Below the pieces are notes generated by a model. It saw only the letters and a program-made list of their open reading frames with translations, was not told the origin of the DNA and made no database searches. From assembly GCA_963797095.1 (NCBI GenBank), contig CAWCNY010000002.1:1-64000 (forward strand): a DNA stretch of 64,000 nucleotides, in the 5' to 3' direction. Positions 40,901-48,647 of this stretch are shown piece by piece; positions within the stretch are counted from its first letter, which is position 1, and each line of letters begins with the position of its first letter. Position numbers and translations under genes: made by a program. Origin of the DNA: an uncultured Chloroflexia bacterium (lineage in GTDB: Bacteria; Chloroflexota; Chloroflexia; QHBQ01; JADMIH01).

Positions 40901-41689
40901 AAGAGCCAGGGCGGTATTGGCATCTTCCCGCGCCAGGTAGAGCACATCGTTGGTGGCGACGACTGGAATGCTCAGGTTATTGGCAAGCGCAATCAAGGCT
41001 GGGATAGCTGCTGTATCGTCCCGACCAAGAGCGGTAAGCTCGATAAAGAAGTTGCCCTCACCGAAGGCCGACAGGAACATACCGGCTACCTTCGCCGCTC
41101 TTTGGGACTTACCTTGCATCACCAGCGAGTTGACCAGACCGCGCCTCCCACCTGACAAAGCAATCAATCCCCTGACATGGCGTCCTGAGAGGATCATCTC
41201 TCGTGGCAGACGCACTGCTTTGAGAGGGCGGTGAGCAAGCTGTGTGCTTTGGGGAGGCGGTTTACCGGGGCGAGGTGTGAAGCCGAGCACAGGCACCCCC
41301 CATACGCCGGGTTCCCACGCCGGAATCTCGCCGCCATATTCAGTATCCTCATCGTCGTCATCGAAGCCAGCAGGAGTGAAAGCTTCGGGGTCTGAGTTGA
41401 GGCGTAGGACAGTAGAGAGGTGACATAGGTTGCGATAGCCGTCCATATTGCGAGCCAACAAGACTACGCTGGAGCCATCGTCCAGGTCAACGGACATGCC
41501 GATTATCGGTTTTATGCCAGCTTTTTGGGCGTGTATGTAGAAGGATACCGCACCATAGAGGTTATTACGGTCGGTGAGACTCAGCGCGGGCATATGTAGC
41601 TTCTTTGCTGAGCCTATCAGGTTTGGGGGCGTGGCAGTGCCTTCCAGTAGGGAGAATGCGGAATGGCAATGCAGATGGACGAACCCCAT
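37967..41689 (-). CDS. dnaE2: DNA polymerase III alpha subunit, error-prone DnaE2-like
   Basis: PHP HLHCHSAFSLLEG, RGSAADS, LLFERFLS, PDIDLD, KMDLLG, GCFQLESPGMR, FCAAHA, OB fold; LexA-like box upstream. Confidence 0.85.
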   Translation of the reverse strand: MGFVHLHCHSAFSLLEGTATPPNLIGSAKKLHMPALSLTDRNNLYGAVSFYIHAQKAGIKPIIGMSVDLDDGSSVVLLARNMDGYRNLCHLSTVLRLNSDPEAFTPAGFDDDDEDTEYGGEIPAWEPGVWGVPVLGFTPRPGKPPPQSTQLAHRPLKAVRLPREMILSGRHVRGLIALSGGRRGLVNSLVMQGKSQRAAKVAGMFLSAFGEGNFFIELTALGRDDTAAIPALIALANNLSIPVVATNDVLYLAREDANTALALASARIGARGRASLDAPDIFETAHGQYQEGNSLTDEVGTERYFKSAEEMVELFSAYPQGAQAIANTQFIADQCNLELPLHKPLFPSVDLQGSETPFSRLWKLCFAGATRRYRPLTQDVIARLKYELEVIESLGFSPYFLVVYDIVHFAHSRDIPIMARGSAADSLVAYVLGITQIDPLQHDLLFERFLSRERAEFELPDIDLDLCWRRRDEVLHYVYERYGRDHAAIVGTHITFRLRSAWREMAKAMGVTPGRISYIANRLSHISQQERDEEAEAETGLESMDGIDGIDEPGTEAADTYSEEASAPRLSGEHEQRAFELARAIQGLPRHAGMHCAGVVITPSHIPLADLVPLQRAARDPSMSITQYEKDAIEALGLVKMDLLGSRALTTLVDALRASGLAKGSDSVGQALEAIPFDDERTYRMIANGDTLGCFQLESPGMRGLVKWLRPHSLGELAMAVSLFRPGPLEGGFLETFMRRHLGQAPVTYPHPSMEPLLKETNGVILYQEQFLKLVHQLAGLGLGEAEQLRKALGKAGSAEERARLGSRFVAGAIERGIDQLRAEKVWEIVSGYSGFGFCAAHAHTYALTAYRSAYVKAHYPAEYIAAMLNNQGGYYGPSVYVEDARRLRVRLLLPHINESGAWCEVPPATRSIRFGLQFVKGVSEKTISALLTERRSGGHFRSVLDLMSRVQMSPTEITALVKVGACDDLGSSVPFPLPSIPSISSVASIAPLPGEMGEPIGAVYSPHSLSSMNRRQMMALLPQLLFARKPARQANRNSLTHLSVATGSEGAVGLGMQGVMGDILQRQDSASPRILGDDTLRIEMPHVEEYTAIEKLRLEQEVVGFSLTCNEMELIEVPEAVPSKELHRYAEREVKVAGIAAAGHRHTCKDGSVMLFLTLQDRYGLIETVLFPDAYKAHIEVLAKGGNGPYLVSGRAQITGKGRAIGVQPPSDLQLADAVALKMHPVVVVEKIRLLNSEG

Positions 41690-41774
41690 GCAGGCTTCTC
41701 CAACACACCTTGTTGAGGTAGCTCATTAGTGTTGACAGAGGGAGCGTAAATACTCTCAACTAGATACATATCAT

Positions 41775-41788
41775 AGAACATATGTGCT
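41775..41788. promoter_or_regulatory. Putative LexA (SOS) box upstream of dnaE2
   Basis: AGAACATATGTGCT, one mismatch to AGAAC-N4-GTTCT. Confidence 0.6.
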
Positions 41789-41949
41789 AGTCAATAGGTG
41801 GGGCTTTGATTCGTGGAATATTGCCTGGCTGCCTTAAATCGCAAAATCGCCAAGTCATCAACTGAATCAACGTGGTGCAATCGTGAATAGTCAGGAAAAA
41901 TCGGGGAGAATCGGAATTATCGTCTGTATTTACGCACAAAACTTGGCTT

Positions 41950-41996
41950 TGGCGCGCCCGGAGGGATTCAAGCCCCCGACCCTCTGATCCGAAGTC
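41950..41996 (-). repeat. tRNA-Arg 3'-half copy (att site)
   Basis: tggcgcgcccggagggattcaagcccccgaccctctgatccgaagtc, one mismatch to 47498-47544. Confidence 0.93.
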
Positions 41997-42146
41997 CGCC
42001 AGATGGGTCATTTCAGCTAATAGCAGTATGCAGAATTGTATAATTGCATGGAGTTTTGTGCTTCAAGCCGACTGTTTCAGCTAATGATTGTACCAGGCTG
42101 GATGGGGCTATACAGGGCTATGTAATTCCCGTTGCTACACCTGTTG

Positions 42147-42266
42147 CTACACCTGCGGACTTATCTGAGGGACTCGATTCTGTCGTACCCACTGCCTTGC
42201 TGCTTCGTGGTGCTCGTCATCTGGAATAGCATAGGCGAATAAAGCGCCGGTGTCGACAAAGATCAT
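42147..42266 (-). pseudogene. Truncated VapC/PIN toxin (39 aa)
   Basis: Manual translation MIFVDTGALFAYAIPDDEHHEAARQW...; ATGA overlap with upstream antitoxin; stops inside the arm-like repeats. Confidence 0.75.
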
Positions 42267-42565
42267 GGTTTCATTTCGTGCTTAGGGTAGAGGATATCAT
42301 CGTGATGCGCTGATATTTCTGTTCGCCCATCAGGATGCGGAATATAAGGAAGAGCTGCGATTTGATCCAGAACCGCAGCCAATTCCTCGCCCACCAGCAG
42401 GTTTCTGCCGCTTGTGCCCTTTACTCCCCTCTTGGTCGTCGCCCCTTGACCGGCAGCTGGGATTTGTTGAACAACAATCATCTCCACCCTCGCGCCTTCC
42501 GGCAACTCAATCGGGCCGAGCGGGCGGAAAACACCATTCTCGTAAACTGCTCTGATCGATACCAT
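42263..42565 (-). CDS. DUF104 / AF2212-like antitoxin
   Basis: MVSIRAVYENGVFRPLGPIELPEG. Confidence 0.8.
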   Translation of the reverse strand: MVSIRAVYENGVFRPLGPIELPEGARVEMIVVQQIPAAGQGATTKRGVKGTSGRNLLVGEELAAVLDQIAALPYIPHPDGRTEISAHHDDILYPKHEMKP

Positions 42566-42809
42566 CGGAATGCCTCCTGGTAGCGTTTCGGCGGTTGTCT
42601 GCACTCCACGCTTGTACACCATTCTGTTCCGATTATATCACAGCCCAGGCAGGAGATGACATTATGTCTCACACCTTTTACAGGTACAACCGCCTGTATT
42701 GCTCAAATCGCACCAGCCTCTCATTCTCAATGACCACTATCGGGGTCACTGTCTTGATCCCCGTCTGTGAAGTGATATGTTCAGTTCGGATGGGTTTACC
42801 TCTTGCAGG

Positions 42810-43427
42810 TTATTCAGCATCGAGCACATCATCGACCCGCATTGAGAAATCAGCCAGGAGAGCGGAAGTTGCACGCTCACCGTGATGAAACACTCCGTGT
42901 TCCGTATACTTTGCGCCATTCAGCTTCAGGATAGTGACGGTGCCATTCATAGGATCGACGATCCAATATTCGTTAATATGCGCCTCGGCGTAGTCGACGC
43001 GTTTTACTCGAATGTCTCGCGCCGGATCATCGGGACTGACGATCTCCACTACCAAATCGGCACCGAGCCAATAGACTTCCTGATTGCGGGGATCATGAAC
43101 GTCGCACAGGATGAGGAGATCCGGTTCGCGGAATTTGCCAGGACGGATCTGCAACCGCAATGGTGCATAGAAGACTGTGCCACCGCGCGGTTGCACGAAG
43201 GCCAGCAAAGCCAGGAAAAGAAACCGAGAGATCGCCTGATGTTTGCGAGTCGGCATCGGCAATACCTCAATCACTCCATCCGTGAACTCGATGAGGCGCT
43301 TTGTTTGCTGGGTCAGGCGTAGATACTGCTCCTCGCTCCACAATCCTTGCAGTGAGTCGAGATCGATCTCTGTGGGTTCGCCAGCCAGCAGCATCTGCAT
43401 CATGGGAGCCTGCAAATTGGTAGCCAT
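42810..43427 (-). CDS. Uma2 family endonuclease
   Basis: IEFTDG..EVLPMP..KHQ, REPDL, LVVEIVSP, EYWIVDP. Confidence 0.92.
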   Translation of the reverse strand: MATNLQAPMMQMLLAGEPTEIDLDSLQGLWSEEQYLRLTQQTKRLIEFTDGVIEVLPMPTRKHQAISRFLFLALLAFVQPRGGTVFYAPLRLQIRPGKFREPDLLILCDVHDPRNQEVYWLGADLVVEIVSPDDPARDIRVKRVDYAEAHINEYWIVDPMNGTVTILKLNGAKYTEHGVFHHGERATSALLADFSMRVDDVLDAE

Positions 43428-43543
43428 TAGTACTCCTCATCATACTCAAGTATCATTACGGTTGGCATTATTATGCTTTTCGGTCTGTTAGTATAATAAC
43501 GTGGACCGCTGCCCTCTCCAGGTGGGTGGTCACTACCCTCCTG

Positions 43544-44161
43544 CTACACACTCCCTGCTTCCCCTGCTGCGTCCAGGTCTTGCCAGTTTCTGCCCCTCAG
43601 TTGTTCCAGATCGTCGCCGGTCCAACCCAATGCCTCGCGCAAGAACGTGCCTGAAAGCAGCACCCTCAAGCGCTTGCGCAACTCCTCGGTGGTCTCGTCC
43701 TGGACGGTGAGGTCCTTATCCTCGCTCACCAGGTAATCGACCTTCGCGTTGATGGCCACCAAAGCTACAGGCACGTTGGTGACATCCCGCACAAGGTCGG
43801 CGCGAGCAGACACTTCGTCCGGCGTTGGGTCGGCAGCGATCTCGATCTCCGTGCGGGCGACAAACTGCTCGAACCGCTGAAGATGTTCCGGAAAGCTCTT
43901 TGCTAGGATTCTGCGAGCCTGAGCGAGCACATATGGGCTAAGCACGATCTGTATCTCTCCCCTCGATCTGGCTAACAGCACTTCGCGGGGCCAGCGCGAC
44001 CAGCCACTGCCGGCCACAAGCACCGTAGTGTCGAGCATTACCCTGATCCGCCCTGTTCCCTCTCCTTGCTCCGGTTCTCCTCGATCTTCCCGCGCTCCCA
44101 GTCCTTCCCTATCTGATGGAGGCGGGTTAGGTGAGTCAGGTGAGTTAGCGTCGACTGCCAT
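43544..44161 (-). CDS. PIN-domain toxin (PIN_3 type)
   Basis: VMLDTTVLV, DYLVSEDKDL; overlaps upstream antitoxin. Confidence 0.82.
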   Translation of the reverse strand: MAVDANSPDSPNPPPSDREGLGAREDRGEPEQGEGTGRIRVMLDTTVLVAGSGWSRWPREVLLARSRGEIQIVLSPYVLAQARRILAKSFPEHLQRFEQFVARTEIEIAADPTPDEVSARADLVRDVTNVPVALVAINAKVDYLVSEDKDLTVQDETTEELRKRLRVLLSGTFLREALGWTGDDLEQLRGRNWQDLDAAGEAGSV

Positions 44162-44483
44162 ATTGCTTGTCGAAGACCTCGCGCTTAGCCTCTTCCAGGT
44201 CCGCCATCAACTCCTCTTCGCTTATGCCTCTTTCTTCAAGTTCCTTACCAAAGGCTCGGCTGAACCTGTCGAACGCGGCGACAGCTTGCTCACGCCTCAA
44301 TTTCTCGTACTCCTGGTAAGACAATATCACGGCCACCGGGTAGCCGTCGCGCTCCACGATCAGGTGCTCGTCCGACCGAAACACCCGCCTGAGCAGCTTG
44401 CCAAACGACCTGTGACCCTCCGAAGCTTTTACTATCGCTTGTCGCATGTAACCACCTTCCTGCGCAATCCTGTTCGTATCCAT
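44145..44483 (-). CDS. Phd/YefM family antitoxin
   Basis: FGKLLRRV...LIVERDGYPVAVILSYQEYE. Confidence 0.85.
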   Translation of the reverse strand: MDTNRIAQEGGYMRQAIVKASEGHRSFGKLLRRVFRSDEHLIVERDGYPVAVILSYQEYEKLRREQAVAAFDRFSRAFGKELEERGISEEELMADLEEAKREVFDKQYGSRR

Positions 44484-44540
44484 ACGTATCGTTACATATT
44501 ATAACACTACTTGCTTCGTCCTGCTTCTCTGCCTTTTCCC

Positions 44541-44825
44541 CTAAAGCAGGTCCCGATAGGGGTCAATATCCTCCATCTGGAGGTCCTCAAGCGGGATGCC
44601 GAACGCCCGCGCCTGCTCCTGCATCAGCGCGATCACCTCGAAATACGCTAGTAGCCTTATACTGTGGAACTCCCTCCACCCCGCGTCTTCCGGACCCCCA
44701 CCCAACTCCTTCTCCGCTCTCGCGTCGAGCGCCCGCTCTTTCACCAGCCTTCCCAGGTCCGCCAGGTAGTACTTACAAGCGCTACCATTCGAGCTACGCC
44801 TCATGCCCGCTCCCCTCGCTTCCAT
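44541..44825 (-). CDS. Small hypothetical protein, immunity-protein-like
   Basis: RLLAYFEVIALMQEQARAFGIPLEDL; family assignment from memory only. Confidence 0.5.
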   Translation of the reverse strand: MEARGAGMRRSSNGSACKYYLADLGRLVKERALDARAEKELGGGPEDAGWREFHSIRLLAYFEVIALMQEQARAFGIPLEDLQMEDIDPYRDLL

Positions 44826-44898
44826 CTGCCCCTCCTCTTACCCGTAGACCCTTTCCATTTCCTCAGGAACGCTATCCGCATGTCAATCAGCCTGCGCC

Positions 44899-45303
44899 CT
44901 AGCCCGAACCGGACCCACTTCTCAAAGTCGCCCAGGCCCACCTGCCTGTATCCAAAAGCCTCCACCCGTACTCCCGCGCTTCTTCCAGTACCTTCTCTAG
45001 CGCGTCCAGCAGCGTCTCCCTCGATATGTGGCTGACCACCAGTAGCCCCAACTCCACCCAGGCGATTTCACCTTCACGCTCCAACTGCTCCTTGATGTAC
45101 TCCGGCGTTCGTGCCGCGAACCCATAGCCTCGCCCATCCTTCATAGTCACCAGGAAAGTGTAGTAGCGGTAGTCCGGGACGTACACTCCCTCTTCTATAT
45201 CCCGTAGAACCTCCGGATGCTCCTCCTCGCGGGAAAATGCGTAGTATAACCTGACCTCAGCGATTTGCTCGTTGATCAGCTTATATTTCGCCAGATCTCC
45301 CAC
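44899..45303 (-). CDS. Hypothetical, Imm8-like immunity protein (start and C-terminus uncertain)
   Basis: GF.ARTPEYI...LGLLVV.HIS pattern. Confidence 0.4.
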   Translation of the reverse strand: MGDLAKYKLINEQIAEVRLYYAFSREEEHPEVLRDIEEGVYVPDYRYYTFLVTMKDGRGYGFAARTPEYIKEQLEREGEIAWVELGLLVVSHISRETLLDALEKVLEEAREYGWRLLDTGRWAWATLRSGSGSG

Positions 45304-45574
45304 CTCAGCCTCACCATCTCTTCGGGCACGTCCAGCACCCTGGCCACGTACCCCACCTCCATCCCCTCCATCTCTCCCAGCGCCCTCAGCGGCACCAGCA
45401 AATACGCCGCCGCATAGTCGCACTGCCTATCCTGCACCCTCTCCACCAACTCGGCGAACGTGCTCTGCAACGCCCACCCTCACATCTCATCCTCTTCAAC
45501 TCCAGGTCACCCCTATGGTGGCCCATCAGCAGATGCGCCATCTCGTGCGCTATCACATACTGCCGTCGTGCCAA
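45276..45574 (-). pseudogene. Frameshifted ImmA/IrrE metallopeptidase fragment
   Basis: RRQYVIAHEMAHLL (HExxH) in one frame, QCDYAAAYLLVP...VARVLDVP in another. Confidence 0.7.
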
Positions 45575-45657
45575 TTCCTCGACCTCTCTCAGTCGTGAAA
45601 TAGAAGTGTTACAGAAACGGGACTGTATGAGCCATTCACGGGAATCTCCAGGTTTGA

Positions 45658-47073
45658 TTACGGCTCATTGCCCCACCGGTAGCCTTCCGGCGGCAGGCTT
45701 ATATTGACTGCCACTCGGTCGGCCCTGGCTTTGGCTTCACCGACGTGGGCTGTATAGCTGAGCCTACCGGCCAACATCAACGGATAAAGCCCCATCTCCG
45801 GATAATCGAGCAGGGTACGGTGGGCGCTGAAGAACTGGTTGAGAGCCTCGATTGCCAGCGTTAACGCCCTGACCTCCCGCTCGCTTGGCCTTATCGGTTC
45901 ACTATGCGCCACCAGCCTGTGGAATGAAGGCACGGCTTCTCGCGATGGGTATTTCAGCTTTCGCTCGGCCAGCCAGCTCAGATAGGTCGGATCGCTCTCT
46001 TCTTCGGGGTCGAAATAGAGCAGCAGGCTGTCCTCAATGGCTTCCAGGTATTCTTCTTTGTCCATAGATTCGTCCGCTTCTTCGCCTACTTCGTCGTCTG
46101 TAGCGATGCCTTGAGCCTCCATCATCGTAGATAGCATCTCACGCAGGGCCTCCGGTGGTACTTCATCCACCGGCGCACCCAACTGCCGCATCAACTCTAT
46201 CAACTCGCCTACTCTCTGATCCGCTTTCTCAATCGGCTTATCTATTGATGCTTCTGCATCTACCGCTGTTTCTGCCACTTCGCGCTCCATGCGCGCCTCA
46301 CCGCGCTGTAAGATGCGCTCGAAAGCCTCAAGGGAATAGTAGAAAGCCACGCCGTATACTTCACCGGCGTTGCCGAGAACAACAGCGTAGAGGGTTTCTA
46401 CATCCTGTTGGGGTCCGTGTCGACCCAGTTCAATGGCGATCGGTAGATCACTGCCCATGTATTCCCACGGGGCACGACGCCAATAGCTGGCCGCCGCCTT
46501 GTAGAGAGGTGGTAGTAGTACTTCAGCAATAATCCACTCAAAAGGCTCAGGCGGATCCTTCCCGGCGTCCCCATTGGCGCCCAGTGCTGCGGACAGGTCG
46601 CGAAATGCTTCTTCATAGTCCGGCAAGTGTTCTGCATATTCAATGGGTATGCCGAGAGGAGCAAGCAAATGGCGCGCGGCCTCGGCCAGCACTGGATCGT
46701 TGATTATTATCCTCGTGGGAAGGCCAGGTTCGGGTGAGGGGAAGGGAATTGCAACAGGGGTAGCCACCGGCCTGGCAAGAGCCTCTACAAGTAGTTGAAG
46801 CGATTCGGTGATTCCGTCATCGCTGCTTTCGGCGGGGTTGATCAGCTGAACAGCACGGACGAAGCCGCTATCCGCCTCCACCCACAACGCTATCTGCGGT
46901 TGAACGGCCTGCTTATTTTCATAGATGTATACCCCCAATGGCCGCTTTCCACCCTGGATCACTAAACCGCTACGGCGCGGCAAGGTCGCCAATTGCGCAA
47001 TGATCGCTTGCAATCCGGTTGGATTGAGAACTTTCCGCTTAGTTCTTGCCATGGCCGGCGGCCCCCCTTTCAC
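45658..47073 (-). CDS. Hypothetical protein (471 aa)
   Basis: Long ORF; LYKAAASYWRRAPW...VLGNAGEVYGVAFY; acidic middle region. Confidence 0.7.
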   Translation of the reverse strand: MKGGPPAMARTKRKVLNPTGLQAIIAQLATLPRRSGLVIQGGKRPLGVYIYENKQAVQPQIALWVEADSGFVRAVQLINPAESSDDGITESLQLLVEALARPVATPVAIPFPSPEPGLPTRIIINDPVLAEAARHLLAPLGIPIEYAEHLPDYEEAFRDLSAALGANGDAGKDPPEPFEWIIAEVLLPPLYKAAASYWRRAPWEYMGSDLPIAIELGRHGPQQDVETLYAVVLGNAGEVYGVAFYYSLEAFERILQRGEARMEREVAETAVDAEASIDKPIEKADQRVGELIELMRQLGAPVDEVPPEALREMLSTMMEAQGIATDDEVGEEADESMDKEEYLEAIEDSLLLYFDPEEESDPTYLSWLAERKLKYPSREAVPSFHRLVAHSEPIRPSEREVRALTLAIEALNQFFSAHRTLLDYPEMGLYPLMLAGRLSYTAHVGEAKARADRVAVNISLPPEGYRWGNEP

Positions 47074-47437
47074 GCTGTGCTCGGTTACCAGATTATTCTA
47101 CACTTCATCGATTGCATTGCCCAATATCACAATATCATACGAGACCTGAGCCAGATTCCTGGATTGCTCGCCGGTGGGATTACTCCGATTTAGATTATTC
47201 ATGACTTGATACGAAATGGACTATTTCGAACATCGCCGGGCTGGCGTCGCCGAGAGTTGAATTACAGCGCTGGCGATTGTACCACACTTCGATTTACTCG
47301 AACATCGACTATTTTCTCACCTGAGCTCCTGCAATCCCATTATCCACCTCGATCGTCTATCTTGGAGCCTAGCACGCATAACCCCGCACTTTTATCCGGT
47401 TGCTACACTTGTTGCTACACCTGGACCTGAATTGCTA

Positions 47438-47467
47438 CAAAAATACGCCGGAACAGCGTTCCGGCGT
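47438..47467 (-). terminator. Intrinsic terminator downstream of tRNA-Arg
   Basis: acgccggaac-agc-gttccggcgt stem followed by ATTTTT on the minus strand. Confidence 0.75.
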
Positions 47468-47497
47468 CGCTTTTCGTGCGTAAATCTGCTACCAAAA

Positions 47498-47574
47498 TGG
47501 CGCGCCCGGAGGGATTCAAACCCCCGACCCTCTGATCCGAAGTCAGATGCTCTAGTTCGCTGAGCTACGGGCGC
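47498..47574 (-). tRNA. tRNA-Arg(TCG)
   Basis: GCGCCCGTAGCTCAGCGAACTAGAGCATCTGACTTCGGATCAGAGGGTCGGGGGTTTGAATCCCTCCGGGCGCGCCA: full cloverleaf, TCTGA/TCAGA anticodon stem, encoded CCA. Confidence 0.95.
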
Positions 47575-47699
47575 AGGACTACACAGACTTTTAGCTTTTC
47601 TAGGCGTAAAACGAGGGTCAAGAAGGTGCTACTGCTCTCGAAATTAGCCGATGGTTTGACATGCTCAATCTGATTAGATGCTGTGTCAAACCACTATTT

Positions 47700-47728
47700 A
47701 GCTTACTAAACTAGCTCATTTGTGTCAA
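47700..47728 (-). promoter_or_regulatory. Element-borne sigma70 promoter for the reconstituted tRNA
   Basis: TTGACA-17bp-TAAGCT; similar to 59375-59403. Confidence 0.75.
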
Positions 47729-47731
47729 GAC

Positions 47732-48110
47732 GCCCGGAGCATCTGAATCGTCTGAGGGCAAGCTCGAAGTATCTCGCTTGGCTAGGGGTCGGGGGTTTGA
47801 ATCCCTCCGGGCAGCCTTTAGTGACCGTACAGCTATCAATCTCCCAAAATCGGTCGGCTGGACTTCGATGCGGGCCTACAGCCCGCAAGTAATAGGATGT
47901 GGCCCCCCCCGGGGTTGGGGCCCCTCAAATCTGTCTGCACCGACCCTGTGGAAAAGTCGGATGCGCTTGACATAGTGTCGTAACATGCATCCAGCACAAA
48001 GAGCCAGGACGGGCTTTGGCGGGCAAGCCCTGGCTCTGAGTGCGGGTTGCGACTTTCGTCGCTTCTCTTACATACGTGCGGCTGAGGAGCACGCAGGCAA
48101 CAGGTGTTGC
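47732..48110 (+). ncRNA. Candidate structured ncRNA or single-strand origin starting with a tRNA-like domain
   Basis: Inverted tRNA-Arg T-arm/acceptor copy at 47786-47812 plus about 9 consecutive hairpins; no convincing ORF; strand uncertain. Confidence 0.4.
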
Positions 48111-48222
48111 AACGGGGAGTATAACACAGTAGACATGAGCTAACAATGTGGAAAAGGTGGAAAACTCGAACCTGTGACATCACTTGCGTGTTCTGACGCC
48201 GCTAGCTGAACGGAGAAGAAGC

Positions 48223-48458
48223 ATGAAAATAAGGTTTGAGACGGAGTACAGAATTGGGGGCCGCAAGGTATCGCAACGCGAATGGTTGGACCATATGCTA
48301 AGCAAGCAGCCGAACGGATTGCCCGGAACTGTGAGGCAAGAATTAGGTGCCCGGAGCATGGGAAGCCGCCCAAGGTGACATATCTTGGGGGGAGGTTCCA
48401 TATCGAGGGGTGCTGTGAGAAGGTAGTTGAGTTGACGAAACGTGCGCTGAGTCGTTGA
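48223..48458 (+). pseudogene. Small frameshifted gene with CPEHG...GCC motif
   Basis: MKIRFETEYRIGGRKV... continues in another frame as RIRCPEHGKPPKVTYLGGRFHIEGCCEKVVELTKRALSR*. Confidence 0.55.
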
Positions 48459-48647
48459 TATTGCCAGTGGGCAGAACTAGGGAGAGCAGGACCGCCACCT
48501 GCTCCCTTTGGTCTGCATACAACAACTAGTGTTGGTTTGTAGTATATTATTGTAGCGATGCACATCCTTGTGGCGAAGTTGCAGTGACAAAGGATTTCCC
48601 GGTACTTTTCGGCGTTCGTGTGGCGGGCGCTGTTCTACGAGGTACAC

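Larger units (their letters stand above)
37818..41949. mobile_element. Integrase-less island remnant carrying dnaE2
   Basis: Bounded by two tRNA-Arg 3'-half copies. Confidence 0.6.
41997..47497. mobile_element. Integrase-less genomic island with toxin-antitoxin and immunity-like cargo
   Basis: Lies between the intact tRNA and a 3'-half copy; GTTGCTACAC repeats near both ends (42131-42155, 47399-47439). Confidence 0.75.

Noticed and set aside
47732-47816. Second functional tRNA or tmRNA on the plus strand
   Set aside because: No D-arm, no canonical anticodon arm, no CCA and no evident tag reading frame; kept only as a tRNA-like element
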